Source: a virus (lineage: Duplodnaviria; Caudoviricetes). Taken from it: a stretch of 64,000 nt of DNA. The translations under genes and the position numbers were made by a program. The stretch spans positions 1 through 64,000 of IMG/VR virus record IMGVR_UViG_3300005330_000015. One strand, given 5' to 3'. The notes under the pieces are model-generated. The model had not been told where the DNA came from. It saw only the letters and a list, made by a program, of their open reading frames with translations, and did no database searches. The stretch's first letter is position 1, and each line of letters begins with the position of its first letter. Below, one piece after another: positions 21,636 to 32,098 of this stretch.

Positions 21636-22129
21636 GGCCGCTCGAGCGACTGGCACGGCTTTGTCGGCGGTGGGGCGGCGAACTTCGCATGCTCACGTCG
21701 GAAGAATTCTCCGAACAGAGACGGCTACCAGGACGCTCCACGCACCCGGACTGGTTCCACGCCATCGATATCAAGGCTGGGCTCATCTTAGCTGACGCCG
21801 AGCATGCCAACGCTGGCACCGTGATTCACGAGATGGGGCACGTCTTTCTAAAGGAAGGTCACCCTTCATCGACCTCTGAACCCGATTGGCTTGGCTGGGA
21901 AATCGTCATGGCGCGGCAGAACAGATGCTACCGCGCTTGGGCGCTGCAAAATAATGATTACATCGTCCCATATGGCGACACCGACATCGAATGGAACCGG
22001 GCATCGCCTAACCAACTGCGTAGCATTATCTCCTCGAGTATTGCGCGAAGCACTGAGCTAGGCCTCATCGATGCGAACGGGCGGCCACGTTGCACGCGTA
22101 CATTCACTAAGCAACCGAGGCCAACGTGA
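21632..22129 (+). CDS. Putative HExxH metallopeptidase (ImmA/IrrE-like)
   Basis: VIHEMGH. Confidence 0.45.
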   Translation: MRPLERLARLCRRWGGELRMLTSEEFSEQRRLPGRSTHPDWFHAIDIKAGLILADAEHANAGTVIHEMGHVFLKEGHPSSTSEPDWLGWEIVMARQNRCYRAWALQNNDYIVPYGDTDIEWNRASPNQLRSIISSSIARSTELGLIDANGRPRCTRTFTKQPRPT

Positions 22130-22320
22130 ACGATGGTGCAAAACGAACCGAGCGCATCGTTGTGCGCGTATCTCCGTCTATGCTTCAGCGAGTAGCGGCG
22201 CTCGCGAGCTCATCCGATCGTCGCGTCGCCGACTGGGCCTACCTGGTTCTCAAGCGTGAGGTTGAGCATATAGAAGCGAAGATGACACGAAAACATAGCG
22301 GGCGATCGCGCGCTGGTTAG
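22126..22320 (+). CDS. Ribbon-helix-helix protein
   Basis: RTERIVVRVSPSMLQRVAALA...VADWAYLVL. Confidence 0.7.
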   Translation: MNDGAKRTERIVVRVSPSMLQRVAALASSSDRRVADWAYLVLKREVEHIEAKMTRKHSGRSRAG

Positions 22321-23080
22321 TTGACCGGAGGTTAAGCATTGAGCAGCTCATCTAATCTTCCCATATTACCTCAGCCGTGGATGCCTCAAGTTGGCGAGAC
22401 GTTCGAGGCGAGGATGCGCGACGACTCCCGCTGGTACCGGCTTGTATGGCTCGGCTTCAATTCACCGACGCCATGGCTTTGTTCGGCTCGAAGCGACGAC
22501 CCGAGCGGTCCGTATCCATACAGCGAGATCGTCGAGATTCGACCGTTGAGCGCACCATGAAGTTAACGATCACCATCACCGACGCCGAAGAGAATGCCAA
22601 ACGCGCCACGACGCGGGCGGCACGAGATTACAACGACCAGTTCCGCGCTCGGGCTAAGTAACCGGCTCGCCGGCCATGACGTTGCCGCGAGCGAAGCTCT
22701 CCCGTTGGCGCTCGCGTTGCTCAGAGGTCATCTCGGGCGCGTCGGCCAGCATGGCTCGGACCTCCGCGTTGCGCTCGGCCTGTTTATCCGATACACCGCC
22801 GAATGTGCCGGAGAAAGCCGTATCCGACGCGAGCGCGATGCCGTGCATGTCGACGACCTCAGCTCCGTCCTCGTGATGCAAAGCGTGGCCATATCCGGCG
22901 GCAAGCAACTTATCGCGGATCTCGGCGTATGCGGCCGGCGATACCTCTAGCACAACGTAGGTTCGGCTCATCGACGACACCGTATCACTTTACCACCGAC
23001 ACGAGCACGCCAGCCGAGAAGCCGTAGCTTGCGAGCGGAGGCGGTGGCGTCGCCATCATCGCCGCATGATGGCAGACCGT

Positions 23081-23095
23081 CTTGACGTCGTCAAC
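23081..23095. promoter_or_regulatory. Palindrome CTTGAC-GTC-GTCAAC
   Basis: 1 nt past the terL stop; minus-strand TTGACG-17-CATCAT-6-ATG. Confidence 0.7.
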
Positions 23096-23096
23096 G

Positions 23097-24872
23097 CTAG
23101 CTCAGATCCATCACGAACCCGCCGAACGATGGCGTGTGCGTCGGCTCCGCAACAACCGCGGCGAACGCCCTACTGATCGCGTCAACGATGTCATCGTGCT
23201 CACCGTACGGGAAGTCCACGAGCTCGTTCAGCGCTTCCTCCCACCCTGGGTGACGCACGATGACGAAGTTGTGGCTCTGCGCCTGCCCGCTGACCGGTTT
23301 TGCGCGCACGACCTTATCTTTGACCTCGGGCGACGACGTCACGAACCGGCCGGCGGTGCACTCGCGCCGGATGTAGTCCGCGTAGTTCTTGCCAGTTCCG
23401 GGGTCCTCTGGGATAGACCAGTCGATGTCGCGCTCGTCCTTTGAATGCTGGTCGCGGATGAACTGTTCGAGGTCGCCAGGCGAGCCTCGCTTGGTCGCCG
23501 TGTGCCACAAGTAGAACTTGCGCGGCGCGTTCGTGCCTCGGGCCACTCGCGCGCTCGCACTGGGGTCGCTCTTGCGCGACTTGCCGCCGCCCCCGAAGTC
23601 CCAACCGCGCTTGCCGCGTGGCACGTCAGCCGGCACGTCATGTGGATCGATCAGCGTGCCTAGCTCCGGTGTGAACCACTCGGCCTTGAACCAGGCGCCT
23701 GACACATCGATGGGCCACTGATCGAGCTGTGCTGCTACCGCATCAGTGCCACCCTCGAGCGTCATCGTCGCTTCGAGGTCAGCGACCATCTTCTCGTGCA
23801 TCCGTATGGGATCCGCGAGCTGGCCGAACTCCGTGCGTGGATCTTTGTAGCCAATGCTCGAGCCGCGCCAGTGCTCGCTCTTTCGTGCTGGATGCTCCGC
23901 GCCCTTGTAACGCATCTCGATGAGCAGGTGCTCGTAGCCGAGGATGGGGTTCTTGATGATCACGCCCGAGATGTCGTGCTTGTGCACGCGCTGCATGATC
24001 CCGACCGTCGCGCTCGCGATGACCGGGCGGGGATCCTGCGGGTCCGGATCGAGCCCCATGCCGTGCACCGCGCGAACCCAGTACGGTACCTTGACCTTGT
24101 GCTCGAGCCCGCCGGAGCGAATGCGCGTCGGCAGCGTCCGCGTAAACCATCGCATCGCTTTCGTGAGCGCAGCTTCCGAATCAGCATCCTTGACAGGGTG
24201 GGGGTCGTCAAAAATCAGTCGGTCAGCGCGGAACCCCGTCCCCTTGCCTTGGATCGATGAGCTGCGGCGCCACCCGGCATGGTTATTCTTGAAAAAGCTC
24301 TTGGCATCGCTGCGCCGATCGATGCGGAATCGGTCGCCCCAGTAACGCTGAAAAATCTCACTCGCGATGAGCGTCCGTGACTCTTCGTTCTGCGTCTCGA
24401 CTAGCTCATCGCTATATGACCACGACATGAATCGGAGGTCAGGACGGTTACGCGGTCCCCATTCCCAGATCGGCCAGCAGACATTGGCGATGCGCGACTT
24501 CGTAGAGCCAGGCGGAACGTTGATCAGGAGCTTGGTTAGCCGGCCATCGCTCACGGCCTCCAGGTGCTCGCAGATCGCCTCCTGTACCCACGTCCGCACG
24601 AATGGCGTGCCCGGATCGAGCACTGGCCACATGAGCTCGACGAAATCAATGAGGTGCGCCTCGGCCCGCCGCTTCGCGTTGCGGATGACCACGACCTTGG
24701 GCCGTGCTAGTAGGAACGCGGTGGGCAACGAGACGGTGTGGCAGGTCTGGTCAAAGATCGCGCGCGGCTCAACCGGCACGCCGGCCGCGGACGCCGTGGC
24801 GCCGAGCATGGCCACTACCAGCGCCAGCGCGGCGTGTTTAGGTGCGTTGACGTTGTACTGAGCTAACGACAC
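23097..24872 (-). CDS. terL: Terminase large subunit
   Basis: Walker A-like INVPPGSTKS, Walker B LIFDDP, GWDFG, C-terminal HDDIVDA; start inferred at GTG 24872. Confidence 0.95.
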   Translation of the reverse strand: MSLAQYNVNAPKHAALALVVAMLGATASAAGVPVEPRAIFDQTCHTVSLPTAFLLARPKVVVIRNAKRRAEAHLIDFVELMWPVLDPGTPFVRTWVQEAICEHLEAVSDGRLTKLLINVPPGSTKSRIANVCWPIWEWGPRNRPDLRFMSWSYSDELVETQNEESRTLIASEIFQRYWGDRFRIDRRSDAKSFFKNNHAGWRRSSSIQGKGTGFRADRLIFDDPHPVKDADSEAALTKAMRWFTRTLPTRIRSGGLEHKVKVPYWVRAVHGMGLDPDPQDPRPVIASATVGIMQRVHKHDISGVIIKNPILGYEHLLIEMRYKGAEHPARKSEHWRGSSIGYKDPRTEFGQLADPIRMHEKMVADLEATMTLEGGTDAVAAQLDQWPIDVSGAWFKAEWFTPELGTLIDPHDVPADVPRGKRGWDFGGGGKSRKSDPSASARVARGTNAPRKFYLWHTATKRGSPGDLEQFIRDQHSKDERDIDWSIPEDPGTGKNYADYIRRECTAGRFVTSSPEVKDKVVRAKPVSGQAQSHNFVIVRHPGWEEALNELVDFPYGEHDDIVDAISRAFAAVVAEPTHTPSFGGFVMDLS

Positions 24873-24896
24873 GACTAATCGTCGCGCGTTGACACG
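24873..24896 (-). promoter_or_regulatory. terL upstream motif CGTGTCAACGCGCGACGAT-N5-GTG
   Basis: Matches the portal upstream motif. Confidence 0.55.
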
Positions 24897-24903
24897 TGCG
24901 GGT

Positions 24904-25863
24904 CTACCTGGGGTCGCGCCAGCCGTAGCCGTATGCAAGCGCGTCAACGCGATCGTCTGGCGAATCCGGAATCGCTTCAACATCATCCCAGCGCGTCAGA
25001 ATTATGCGAGATGGGTCATCTAGCCTATTCGCTCGCTCGAACTCACGCTGAGCGACGCGCTGCGCGTAAGTTACGCCTGAACCCAACCGGCCGTCCTCCA
25101 AAGGTCGCAGACGCTGGCTAACGCTCAGATACTCGAGACGTTGCGGATCCCTTGGCGTACCGTTGCGCCACCCCTGGCCGTTCAGCTCGGCCCCATCAAT
25201 CGTGGGACGCTGCCCAGGCCACGCATCCTTGAGCGCGCGCCCTGCGAACGCTGCCTCGTGGTCCCATGCGCATGCCACCGTATTGTTTGCGAGCACCGTG
25301 ACACGATCACCAACGCGTAGTCCGCGATCCTTGAACCAGCTAACGTCTCGCTCACCCCACACGCGCCACGCCAACAGGCGCACGAGTGGGTCGCTATCGA
25401 TGCCGCCGCGCTGCATGGTGGCGAGTACCTTGCGCCAGCTGGCCCGCTCGTCCGGGCTCGACGCTGACTCCGCGACCGGCATGCGCCACTTCCGTTCGGA
25501 CTTGACGACGAACTTGAGCATCCTGTGTTCACCCAAAACGGCTCGCGCGCTGACGTCGACGACATCTCCCAGCATATAGCGTAGCGACGACGACAGCTCA
25601 CAACGGATGAGAATGTCGGTTTCGCGTTGCGTCAACCGCCGCCCGTCGCCACACTGGTCGCCCCACCATGTGCCCGGCCGTGTTGCTTCGCGCACAGCCG
25701 CCCGCTCCTCATCCGTCCGTGCCAGCACCATAACCTCATCCACCAGCATCGCCTCCAACCGAGCGCGGACCTCGGGCTCCGTATCGCCACGCTCCTCGCG
25801 ATGGTCGTGAAGCACCGCACGCGTCGCGAGGATGCCTGGCGTCATCGTCGGAACTTCGGTCAC
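24904..25863 (-). CDS. Hypothetical protein, paralogue of 44109-45068
   Basis: Shared blocks EVRARLEAMLVDEV.VLARTDEERAAVRE and QRGGIDSDPLVRLLAWR.WGERD. Confidence 0.8.
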   Translation of the reverse strand: MTEVPTMTPGILATRAVLHDHREERGDTEPEVRARLEAMLVDEVMVLARTDEERAAVREATRPGTWWGDQCGDGRRLTQRETDILIRCELSSSLRYMLGDVVDVSARAVLGEHRMLKFVVKSERKWRMPVAESASSPDERASWRKVLATMQRGGIDSDPLVRLLAWRVWGERDVSWFKDRGLRVGDRVTVLANNTVACAWDHEAAFAGRALKDAWPGQRPTIDGAELNGQGWRNGTPRDPQRLEYLSVSQRLRPLEDGRLGSGVTYAQRVAQREFERANRLDDPSRIILTRWDDVEAIPDSPDDRVDALAYGYGWRDPR

Positions 25864-27311
25864 GTCAACTCCATGGCCGCGAACCGCTGCTCCGCTTCGT
25901 CATTCCCTCCCCGCTCGTACCATATGCGTTCAATGTGCAGTGCCATCCCAAGTCCATCAGCGATGCGTTGCCAGCTTGCGACACACCAGTCGCAAGCCAG
26001 GAGCTGACCGGTCACCCAATGCACGCGATGAGTCGCCGACTGCAAGCAGAATACCGTTTGGCACTTCGGACCGAGCACGAGGAGACCATCGTCAAAGTTT
26101 GCAAGGCACATCGCGTACCACATCGTGATGCAGGTCGGCGGTTCAAGCATGATCGTCTCCCTTCTCTCCTGCCAGCACGCGATCAAGCGCTACATCGGCC
26201 TCAGCGCGCAAATCATATGGACGCGATCCATAGCGCCCGCTCGGTGGCGGCAGTTTCGCGCGGGCATCGCCGCGTAGTCGCGACCGAAGCGCTTTCAGCT
26301 TCTTTATTTCAGCAGCAAGGTCGCGTTGCTCCTTGCGGAGGTGCTCTAGCGAATAGCAGAAGTGGCGCTCGTGATGCGCGTACTGGCGCAACACGACGAT
26401 CGGGTCGAGCTTGGTTCCGCACGCCTGGCACTCGACACGCGGCTCGTCGTCGAATACATACACCGCGTTAGGATGCCCGCATCCCGGACCATGCTCACCC
26501 TTCTTGATCTTCAAGGAAGGCTCCTGGCGACCTTTGTTTTCGACCTCTAGCTGCATGACACGGATACGCAGCTGCTTGAGCTCGCGCCTCCACGCGACCT
26601 CATCACCTTCGACTGGCGAAACGTCGCTTGGATGCGGAACAGTGAACTTCATCGCGCCGACCGCTCGTTTTTTACAACGGGCGCCTCAACCATCATCGGC
26701 GATGCGACCTCCCAACGCCCATCCGGCAGCAGCCCCATGACAATAGTTAGCTCGTGCGTTGCGGCACAGCGGTAGTGAGAATCAGCGTGCTGCGGCGTCG
26801 CCTTGCTATCGTAAGGCACTGCTGTTCGTCCTGTGTGCTCGACATTAAGTGCCTGCATCGCGCGTTTTCGTTCTTCCGGCGTAGCGTGAAATGCGAAGAC
26901 ATGGTCGACGACGACTAGATAGCGGTCCACGATGGCCTGCTCAGCGGCTTCTGCGCGCGCCAAGGCGGCGTCGCGCTCGGCGATCAACCGCATCTCACGC
27001 GCGGTATAGCCGGACGTCATCCGCCTACCAGAACGCGGACGTACCGCGCCCCCTCCGGCAACTTCGTGATGTCGATCTCGAACGTCCAGCCGTTATCGTC
27101 ATCCAGTTGCATGCAGCTTTCATGATCCGACCCGTCGTAATCATTACCGAGATCGATGAGTGTCCCGGTCGGATCCGGCGCTTCGCCACCGAAGAAGTCG
27201 CGCAATTCTTTTGGCACAGGAATGCCAGCTGTCTCGCACGCCTTCCATGTCTGCGCCTTTCGCTTATAGTTCTCGTCCGCCGGCTTCACGGCGTAGATAT
27301 GCATGCTCATG
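25860..27311 (-). other. Four hypothetical CDSs
   Basis: Overlapping junctions; CxxC motifs. Confidence 0.7.
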
Positions 27312-27312
27312 C

Positions 27313-27660
27313 TCACGACGCACGCTCCGCTATAACGGTCATAGCCGCGGCCTTCCATGCCTCGGCGCGCGTCTTACCCGATCCCAGCGGGACCTCGTTG
27401 GTCATCCTGTTCGCGCCCCGAGTGATGTGAAAGGTTTGCGTCTGGCGAACGCACTTTGGCCGACAGGTCGCCGTCGGATACCTAGCGCGCACGATGACCA
27501 ACGCGTCCTCGAAGGTCATACGCGGACGCGGCACGACCAGCTCAACGCACGCAGCTTCGACCAACGCGGCCATGCTAACGCCTCGATCGTACGAAGCAGC
27601 AACCATGCGCTCGTAGACCTCGCCGGACACCGACACGCTGTACTTGTGCTTTGATGGCAT
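27313..27660 (-). CDS. Ribbon-helix-helix domain protein
   Basis: KYSVSVSGEVYERMVAAS..RGVSMAALVEAA; start 6 nt after -10 CATCAT. Confidence 0.7.
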   Translation of the reverse strand: MPSKHKYSVSVSGEVYERMVAASYDRGVSMAALVEAACVELVVPRPRMTFEDALVIVRARYPTATCRPKCVRQTQTFHITRGANRMTNEVPLGSGKTRAEAWKAAAMTVIAERAS

Positions 27661-27681
27661 GCTAGTATGATGCATGTTTGC

Positions 27682-27696
27682 GTTGACGATGTCAAA
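27682..27696. promoter_or_regulatory. Palindrome GTTGAC-GAT-GTCAAA
   Basis: Minus-strand TTGACA-17-CATCAT-6-ATG(27660). Confidence 0.75.
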
Positions 27697-27970
27697 CGGC
27701 ACGGTCGGATGACGGGCTTCGCATGCTCATCGCCGGGCTGCACCGCGCGGTTCGTTGGCGCACGCGACCGAGTTACGTTGTTCGATGCCGTGGTGGCACA
27801 TCGAGAGGGATGGAGGATCGTCGATATCCGTCGCGATGCACCGCTCAGATGGACGACGTTTCTGTGCCCGTTCCACAACGATTCGAATGTGAACTGATGA
27901 GGGTCCACCCACGCTACCGGTACTACCGGTAGCCGTCGCATCGTTTCATGCTCGAATCGTACGCGTACCA

Positions 27971-27984
27971 TTGACGATGTCAAC
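27971..27984. promoter_or_regulatory. Palindrome TTGAC-GAT-GTCAAC
   Basis: Upstream of GTG 28007; minus-strand TTGACA-16-TACGAT also present. Confidence 0.7.
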
Positions 27985-28006
27985 GGTAATTGCTACGACT
28001 TATGTC

Positions 28007-28816
28007 GTGCCTAAGCAACGACCAAAAAGGACTGCGAGCGATCGCCTACGAGAGATTGAGCGTATGGAACGTCGTGTGGCCCGCAGCGAGAAGACCGCCG
28101 CGCTTCTTCAACGACAACTTAGACGCGCCCGTATCCGCGTTGAAACAGGGGCGTCTCACCTCTGCTTGCATTGCGACGGTCCGCATCGGACGAAGTTCTG
28201 TCCGAAAATCCCGCCGTCTCAGGCTAACGCCAAGCCATCCCGATCCGAACAGGCGGCTCGGCTCGCGCATGCTGAGCATATCTCACTGCATGAGGCCGCG
28301 GATCGGTTCGGGATCACGCACCAAGCTGTGTCGCAGATCTGGCGAAAGATGTTCCCGAACGAACTACGAGGACGTGGTACCAGGGCAGACCATGTAGCTC
28401 ACGCGACCGTGGTGGAAATGGTTCGGTTAGGCACTCCGCTCGCTAATATCGCAGAAGCGACCGGGTACGTTGACGCGACCGTATATAAGCTCGCCCGCGA
28501 CAATGGCCTTGCAGCAAGCACCGACCCGAGCAGAGCTCGAGCATTCCAGTCGGCGATCGCAGCAGTGAAGGCAGGAGCAAGTATAGGCGAGGCCGCTGCC
28601 GACCACGGCGTCTCATGGGGGCGGTTATCTGAGCGGTGCCGGGAACTCGGCGTCGCCGCCACGGCCACGTCAAAGGGGCGCAACGGACGCGCGGTGGCAG
28701 CTGCCGGGTTGGTGCTTACGGATGGCATCTCGGTCGCCGATGCCGCGCGCCGCATGCGCTGTTCTCCGCCAGCAGTCAGCGTGGCGCTCGCGCGGATGCG
28801 CAGAATGACACGATGA
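28007..28816 (+). CDS. Multi-HTH DNA-binding protein with CxxC..H..C knuckle
   Basis: Four HTH-like repeats (SLHEAADRFGI, PLANIAEATGY, SIGEAAADHGV, SVADAARRMRC). Confidence 0.75.
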   Translation: MPKQRPKRTASDRLREIERMERRVARSEKTAALLQRQLRRARIRVETGASHLCLHCDGPHRTKFCPKIPPSQANAKPSRSEQAARLAHAEHISLHEAADRFGITHQAVSQIWRKMFPNELRGRGTRADHVAHATVVEMVRLGTPLANIAEATGYVDATVYKLARDNGLAASTDPSRARAFQSAIAAVKAGASIGEAAADHGVSWGRLSERCRELGVAATATSKGRNGRAVAAAGLVLTDGISVADAARRMRCSPPAVSVALARMRRMTR

Positions 28817-28819
28817 AGA

Positions 28820-29386
28820 CTACCTACCATCCTTGAGACGATCGATCGCCTCGCGAAGCTTGCGCTTGTTCGCCTTTAGCTCGTCGATCTCCGAGCGCTG
28901 TGCAGCAATCGTAGCCTGTTGCTGAGCGATGACCGCGTCGCGCTCTCCGCATGCCGACGCGACGGCGCGGTCTACCGCGTTTCGTGTCACGGCGGCATCG
29001 CGCTCTGGCGCGGTCGTGCGAGCTGCCGTGCGTAACTCGGCTTTCATCCGCTCAATTTCCCTTGTCGCCTCGGCAAGACGCTCCTCGGCCTTTTGTCGCC
29101 CCGCAGCTTGCTGTTTCAGCCACGCATTGCGGCCACGTGGGCTATCAAGCATGATGAGCTCTCCGACGAACACAGAGAGGTCCGGCGCGGTAACAGCAAC
29201 GTGGTCGATGAGCTTGTGCCTAAGCTTGATCCGCTCGTCGACGCTCGCATCGAACTCTTCCTTCGCAACGAAGACGCCCTCCGCAGCCGAGGCACCGAGC
29301 GTTGACATTGTTGCCTTGGGCACCTTGTTAAGGTGCTTGTAAAACGCGCGGTCCGCGAAGCTCATCGTTGAGATGATGCCACACAA
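28820..29386 (-). CDS. Coiled-coil hypothetical protein
   Basis: Heptad-rich C-terminus. Confidence 0.65.
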   Translation of the reverse strand: MCGIISTMSFADRAFYKHLNKVPKATMSTLGASAAEGVFVAKEEFDASVDERIKLRHKLIDHVAVTAPDLSVFVGELIMLDSPRGRNAWLKQQAAGRQKAEERLAEATREIERMKAELRTAARTTAPERDAAVTRNAVDRAVASACGERDAVIAQQQATIAAQRSEIDELKANKRKLREAIDRLKDGR

Positions 29387-29402
29387 CTAGCTAGCAACGC
29401 TA

Positions 29403-29852
29403 CTAGCGTCTCGCTCCGAACGGCGACGCGCCAGCAGCCACGCACGCGGCCACCATACTCTTGCTACGTCCCGTCAGCATGCACAGCTCCCTGACCGTCA
29501 ACATAACGCCATACACGTCGACACGTTTCACCATGCGCTCCAGCTTGCTCCCGGCCTTGCGCACGCGTCTGGCGCGATCACGTGCAAGGTCTACGCTAAT
29601 CCCGAGCCTATACGCTACCTCCTGCACCGTGCCGGCCGAGTTCCATGCCGCGACGAACTCGTCATGATCGAACTTCGGCCGGTTGTGCGGCATCGCCTTG
29701 AGCTTGACGCCTTGCTTCTTCAGTCGTTGCTGCAGGCACCACGCGTTCTCAAGCGAGATCCCAAGCGTGGTCGCGCAAACCACAGCATTCGGAGAGGCGT
29801 TCCAGGTCTCGGCGAAGCGCGGCGGCAGTAGTATGGGCGGACCGTTGCTCAT
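29403..29852 (-). CDS. HTH-repeat protein
   Basis: F...WN.....A..LGIS repeated; VYG..LTV.E tail. Confidence 0.7.
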   Translation of the reverse strand: MSNGPPILLPPRFAETWNASPNAVVCATTLGISLENAWCLQQRLKKQGVKLKAMPHNRPKFDHDEFVAAWNSAGTVQEVAYRLGISVDLARDRARRVRKAGSKLERMVKRVDVYGVMLTVRELCMLTGRSKSMVAACVAAGASPFGARR

Positions 29853-29856
29853 GTAC

Positions 29857-30270
29857 TTAGCTACCTGTATATCTGCCACTTGATACCAGGTGCTGCCTTG
29901 CAATGGTAGTCCTACCTCCGACTGTCGCGCGTGGTATTTTCGCGTTACCCTGGAGTGGATTACCTGAAATAATACTCCTATTCTGGAGGCGCCAGCTACG
30001 TATGCAGTCCTTAGAGTATCCGGTCATTTCTGATATTTCCGCAACCGTCAGGAGGACACCATAAACGTTGAGTCTCATTGTGCTATTATTTGGTTGCCTT
30101 AAACTACGTAATTCATATCCATATAGCCTAAAATGTGACGCAATGGCGTTCGCCTTTTCGCGAGAGATCTTGTATCGAATAGCCAACTGCTTAGTTGAGG
30201 TCGCGCCGTTCCACACGTCCACAAAACCACGTCTAAGCCACTTTCTTAAAACCCTAGGCAGCGATTTCAC
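29857..30270 (-). CDS. HTH protein, AT-richer paralogue of 29403-29852
   Basis: FVDVWN...LAIRYKIS; NVYGVLLTVAEI. Confidence 0.65.
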   Translation of the reverse strand: MKSLPRVLRKWLRRGFVDVWNGATSTKQLAIRYKISREKANAIASHFRLYGYELRSLRQPNNSTMRLNVYGVLLTVAEISEMTGYSKDCIRSWRLQNRSIISGNPLQGNAKIPRATVGGRTTIARQHLVSSGRYTGS

Positions 30271-31639
30271 GCATCACCTTGTCGACCCACCCTTGGGGCG
30301 CACCCTTCTCTGCTGCCACCTTCTCCACTCGCGCCCGCAACGCGAGGTACTGCGCCCGCGTGGCTTCCTCTAGCTGCGCCTCGGCCTCATCGCGTTCTCG
30401 TCTCGCCTTGGCCTCACGACATTCAGCGCCGCACTCCGGACACGACAGCGACGCAGCGGGGATCTTCGTCAGGCACGCATCGCACATCGTCCACGGTGGC
30501 TCACCCGAACCAGCGCGCTTCGTCTCAGTCAAGGACCACTCGATGTCGTCGCCCGGCCAGATGCCGAACCGCGGCGCGTTGTTGCCGTGGTCGATGACGA
30601 TGGGACGTGAACCAACGCGCGGGCGCATACCGCGGCCGACCACCTGCAGGTACCGCGTACGGCTGCGGAACGGACGTGCAAGCACGACCGCGCCGAGCGC
30701 GGGCAAGTCCCATCCCTCGCTCAGGACGTCGAAGTTGCAGATGACCTCGATGTCGCCCTTCGCGAACTCCTCGAGCATCGCTTCGCGTTCGAGCGGCGGC
30801 ACCTCGGCATCGAGATGCGCGGCCTTCACGCCCTTGCGCTTGAACGCTGCGGCGAGCTTGCGGCTGTGCGCCACGCTGCCGGCAAAGACCGCCTTGCGCA
30901 CGCCAGGCGCGATGCGAAGCGTTTCGCTCACAACCGAGCCGAGCAAGAACTTGCTATCGACCGCACGCGCCAGGTCGGCCGGCGCGTAGTCGCCGTTCGA
31001 GACACGTGTACCCTTGAGCCGCTCTGCCAGCTTGGCCACGACATCGGCGCGCGCGCCGAACCAGCGCGGGTCGGCGAGGTAGTCGTCGCGCTGGAGCTCG
31101 CTGGGTAGCGCGATAACGAACAGATGCCGGAACACGTCGCTAAGACCCTTGCCATCGGCGCGCTCGGGCGTCGCGGTCAGCCCAAGCACGCGCGCACGTG
31201 GATACTGTCGCAATATCGCCTGATATGACTCGGCCATGACGCGGTGCGCCTCGTCAACTACGATCAGGTCAACGTTGCCATCGAACGGCCTATGCACGAG
31301 CGTCTGCACGCTCGCGACCTGGACGCGTGCCGTAGTGTCGGCACGATGCGACCCATGCATGCGCTCCTCCTGCGCCATGATGATCCCGGCGTCGACGCCG
31401 CTCGCGCGAAGCGCCTTGTACGCCTGGTCGGCGAGCTCGTAACGGTGCACGACGAACAGAACGCGCCACGACTTCATCAACGTCAACAACATCGACGCGA
31501 TGACGGTCTTGCCGCACCCAGTCGGGCCAACCGCTAGCACGCACTCGTGAGCGGTCAGCAGGATCCGCAACTCCTTGACCGCACGCGTCTCGTACGGGCG
31601 AGGCTGCCACATCGTACGCTTGGGTTCTTTCTTGGCCAT
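30254..31639 (-). CDS. SF2 DEAH helicase with C-terminal zinc finger (RadD/YejH-like)
   Basis: GPTGCGKT, VDEAH, LTATP, QVVGRGMR, CxxC...CxxC. Confidence 0.95.
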   Translation of the reverse strand: MAKKEPKRTMWQPRPYETRAVKELRILLTAHECVLAVGPTGCGKTVIASMLLTLMKSWRVLFVVHRYELADQAYKALRASGVDAGIIMAQEERMHGSHRADTTARVQVASVQTLVHRPFDGNVDLIVVDEAHRVMAESYQAILRQYPRARVLGLTATPERADGKGLSDVFRHLFVIALPSELQRDDYLADPRWFGARADVVAKLAERLKGTRVSNGDYAPADLARAVDSKFLLGSVVSETLRIAPGVRKAVFAGSVAHSRKLAAAFKRKGVKAAHLDAEVPPLEREAMLEEFAKGDIEVICNFDVLSEGWDLPALGAVVLARPFRSRTRYLQVVGRGMRPRVGSRPIVIDHGNNAPRFGIWPGDDIEWSLTETKRAGSGEPPWTMCDACLTKIPAASLSCPECGAECREAKARRERDEAEAQLEEATRAQYLALRARVEKVAAEKGAPQGWVDKVMREIAA

Positions 31640-31662
31640 GCCGCCGTACGATAACGGATTCG

Positions 31663-31677
31663 CTTGACAACGTCAAC
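31663..31677. promoter_or_regulatory. Palindrome CTTGAC-AAC-GTCAAC
   Basis: Minus-strand TTGACG-17-TATCGT-8-ATG(31639). Confidence 0.75.
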
Positions 31678-31805
31678 ATTACAACGCTACATGCCATGGC
31701 CCTAGCAGAATGCGGCTATGAGCCGGGCGGTAGCGGAGCGGATCGGGGCGATGGAGGGCGCGGCGAGGAAGGGGCCGGAGCAGGTGAACTAGATCAGGTG
31801 GTTGC

Positions 31806-31859
31806 GATTCGTCTGGCGATTGTTCTTGCATTCGTCTGACGAATGGGTAGATTGTAGGC
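31806..31859 (+). promoter_or_regulatory. Promoter TTGCAT-16-TAGATT-6-ATG with operator-like palindrome CATTCGTC-T-GACGAATG (31829-31845)
   Basis: Perfect 8-bp inverted repeat across the spacer; degenerate copy at 31806-31822. Confidence 0.65.
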
Positions 31860-32098
31860 ATGAAGACGATGACGGTCACGCAGGCGCTGAAGGCCAAGAA
31901 GTCGGAACTCGAGGCGCTCCTCGCTAACCACAGAGTGCGCCAGTACCCGAGCCTGTACGCCGGACATGAGGAGGATGCGCTCATCTTCGTGCACAACTGT
32001 CTTGGCACCACTCGCCGCGACCTCCTCCTTTCCGTCTCGGTGTCCGGGCTGGTGATGGCCGACCACGGCGGGATCGCCGAGCCCGGTTGGCAGGACCG

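Noticed and set aside
24873-24986. Longer terL N-terminus from the ORF track
   Set aside because: Overlaps the upstream CDS and is Arg-rich; GTG 24872 fits the shared upstream motif
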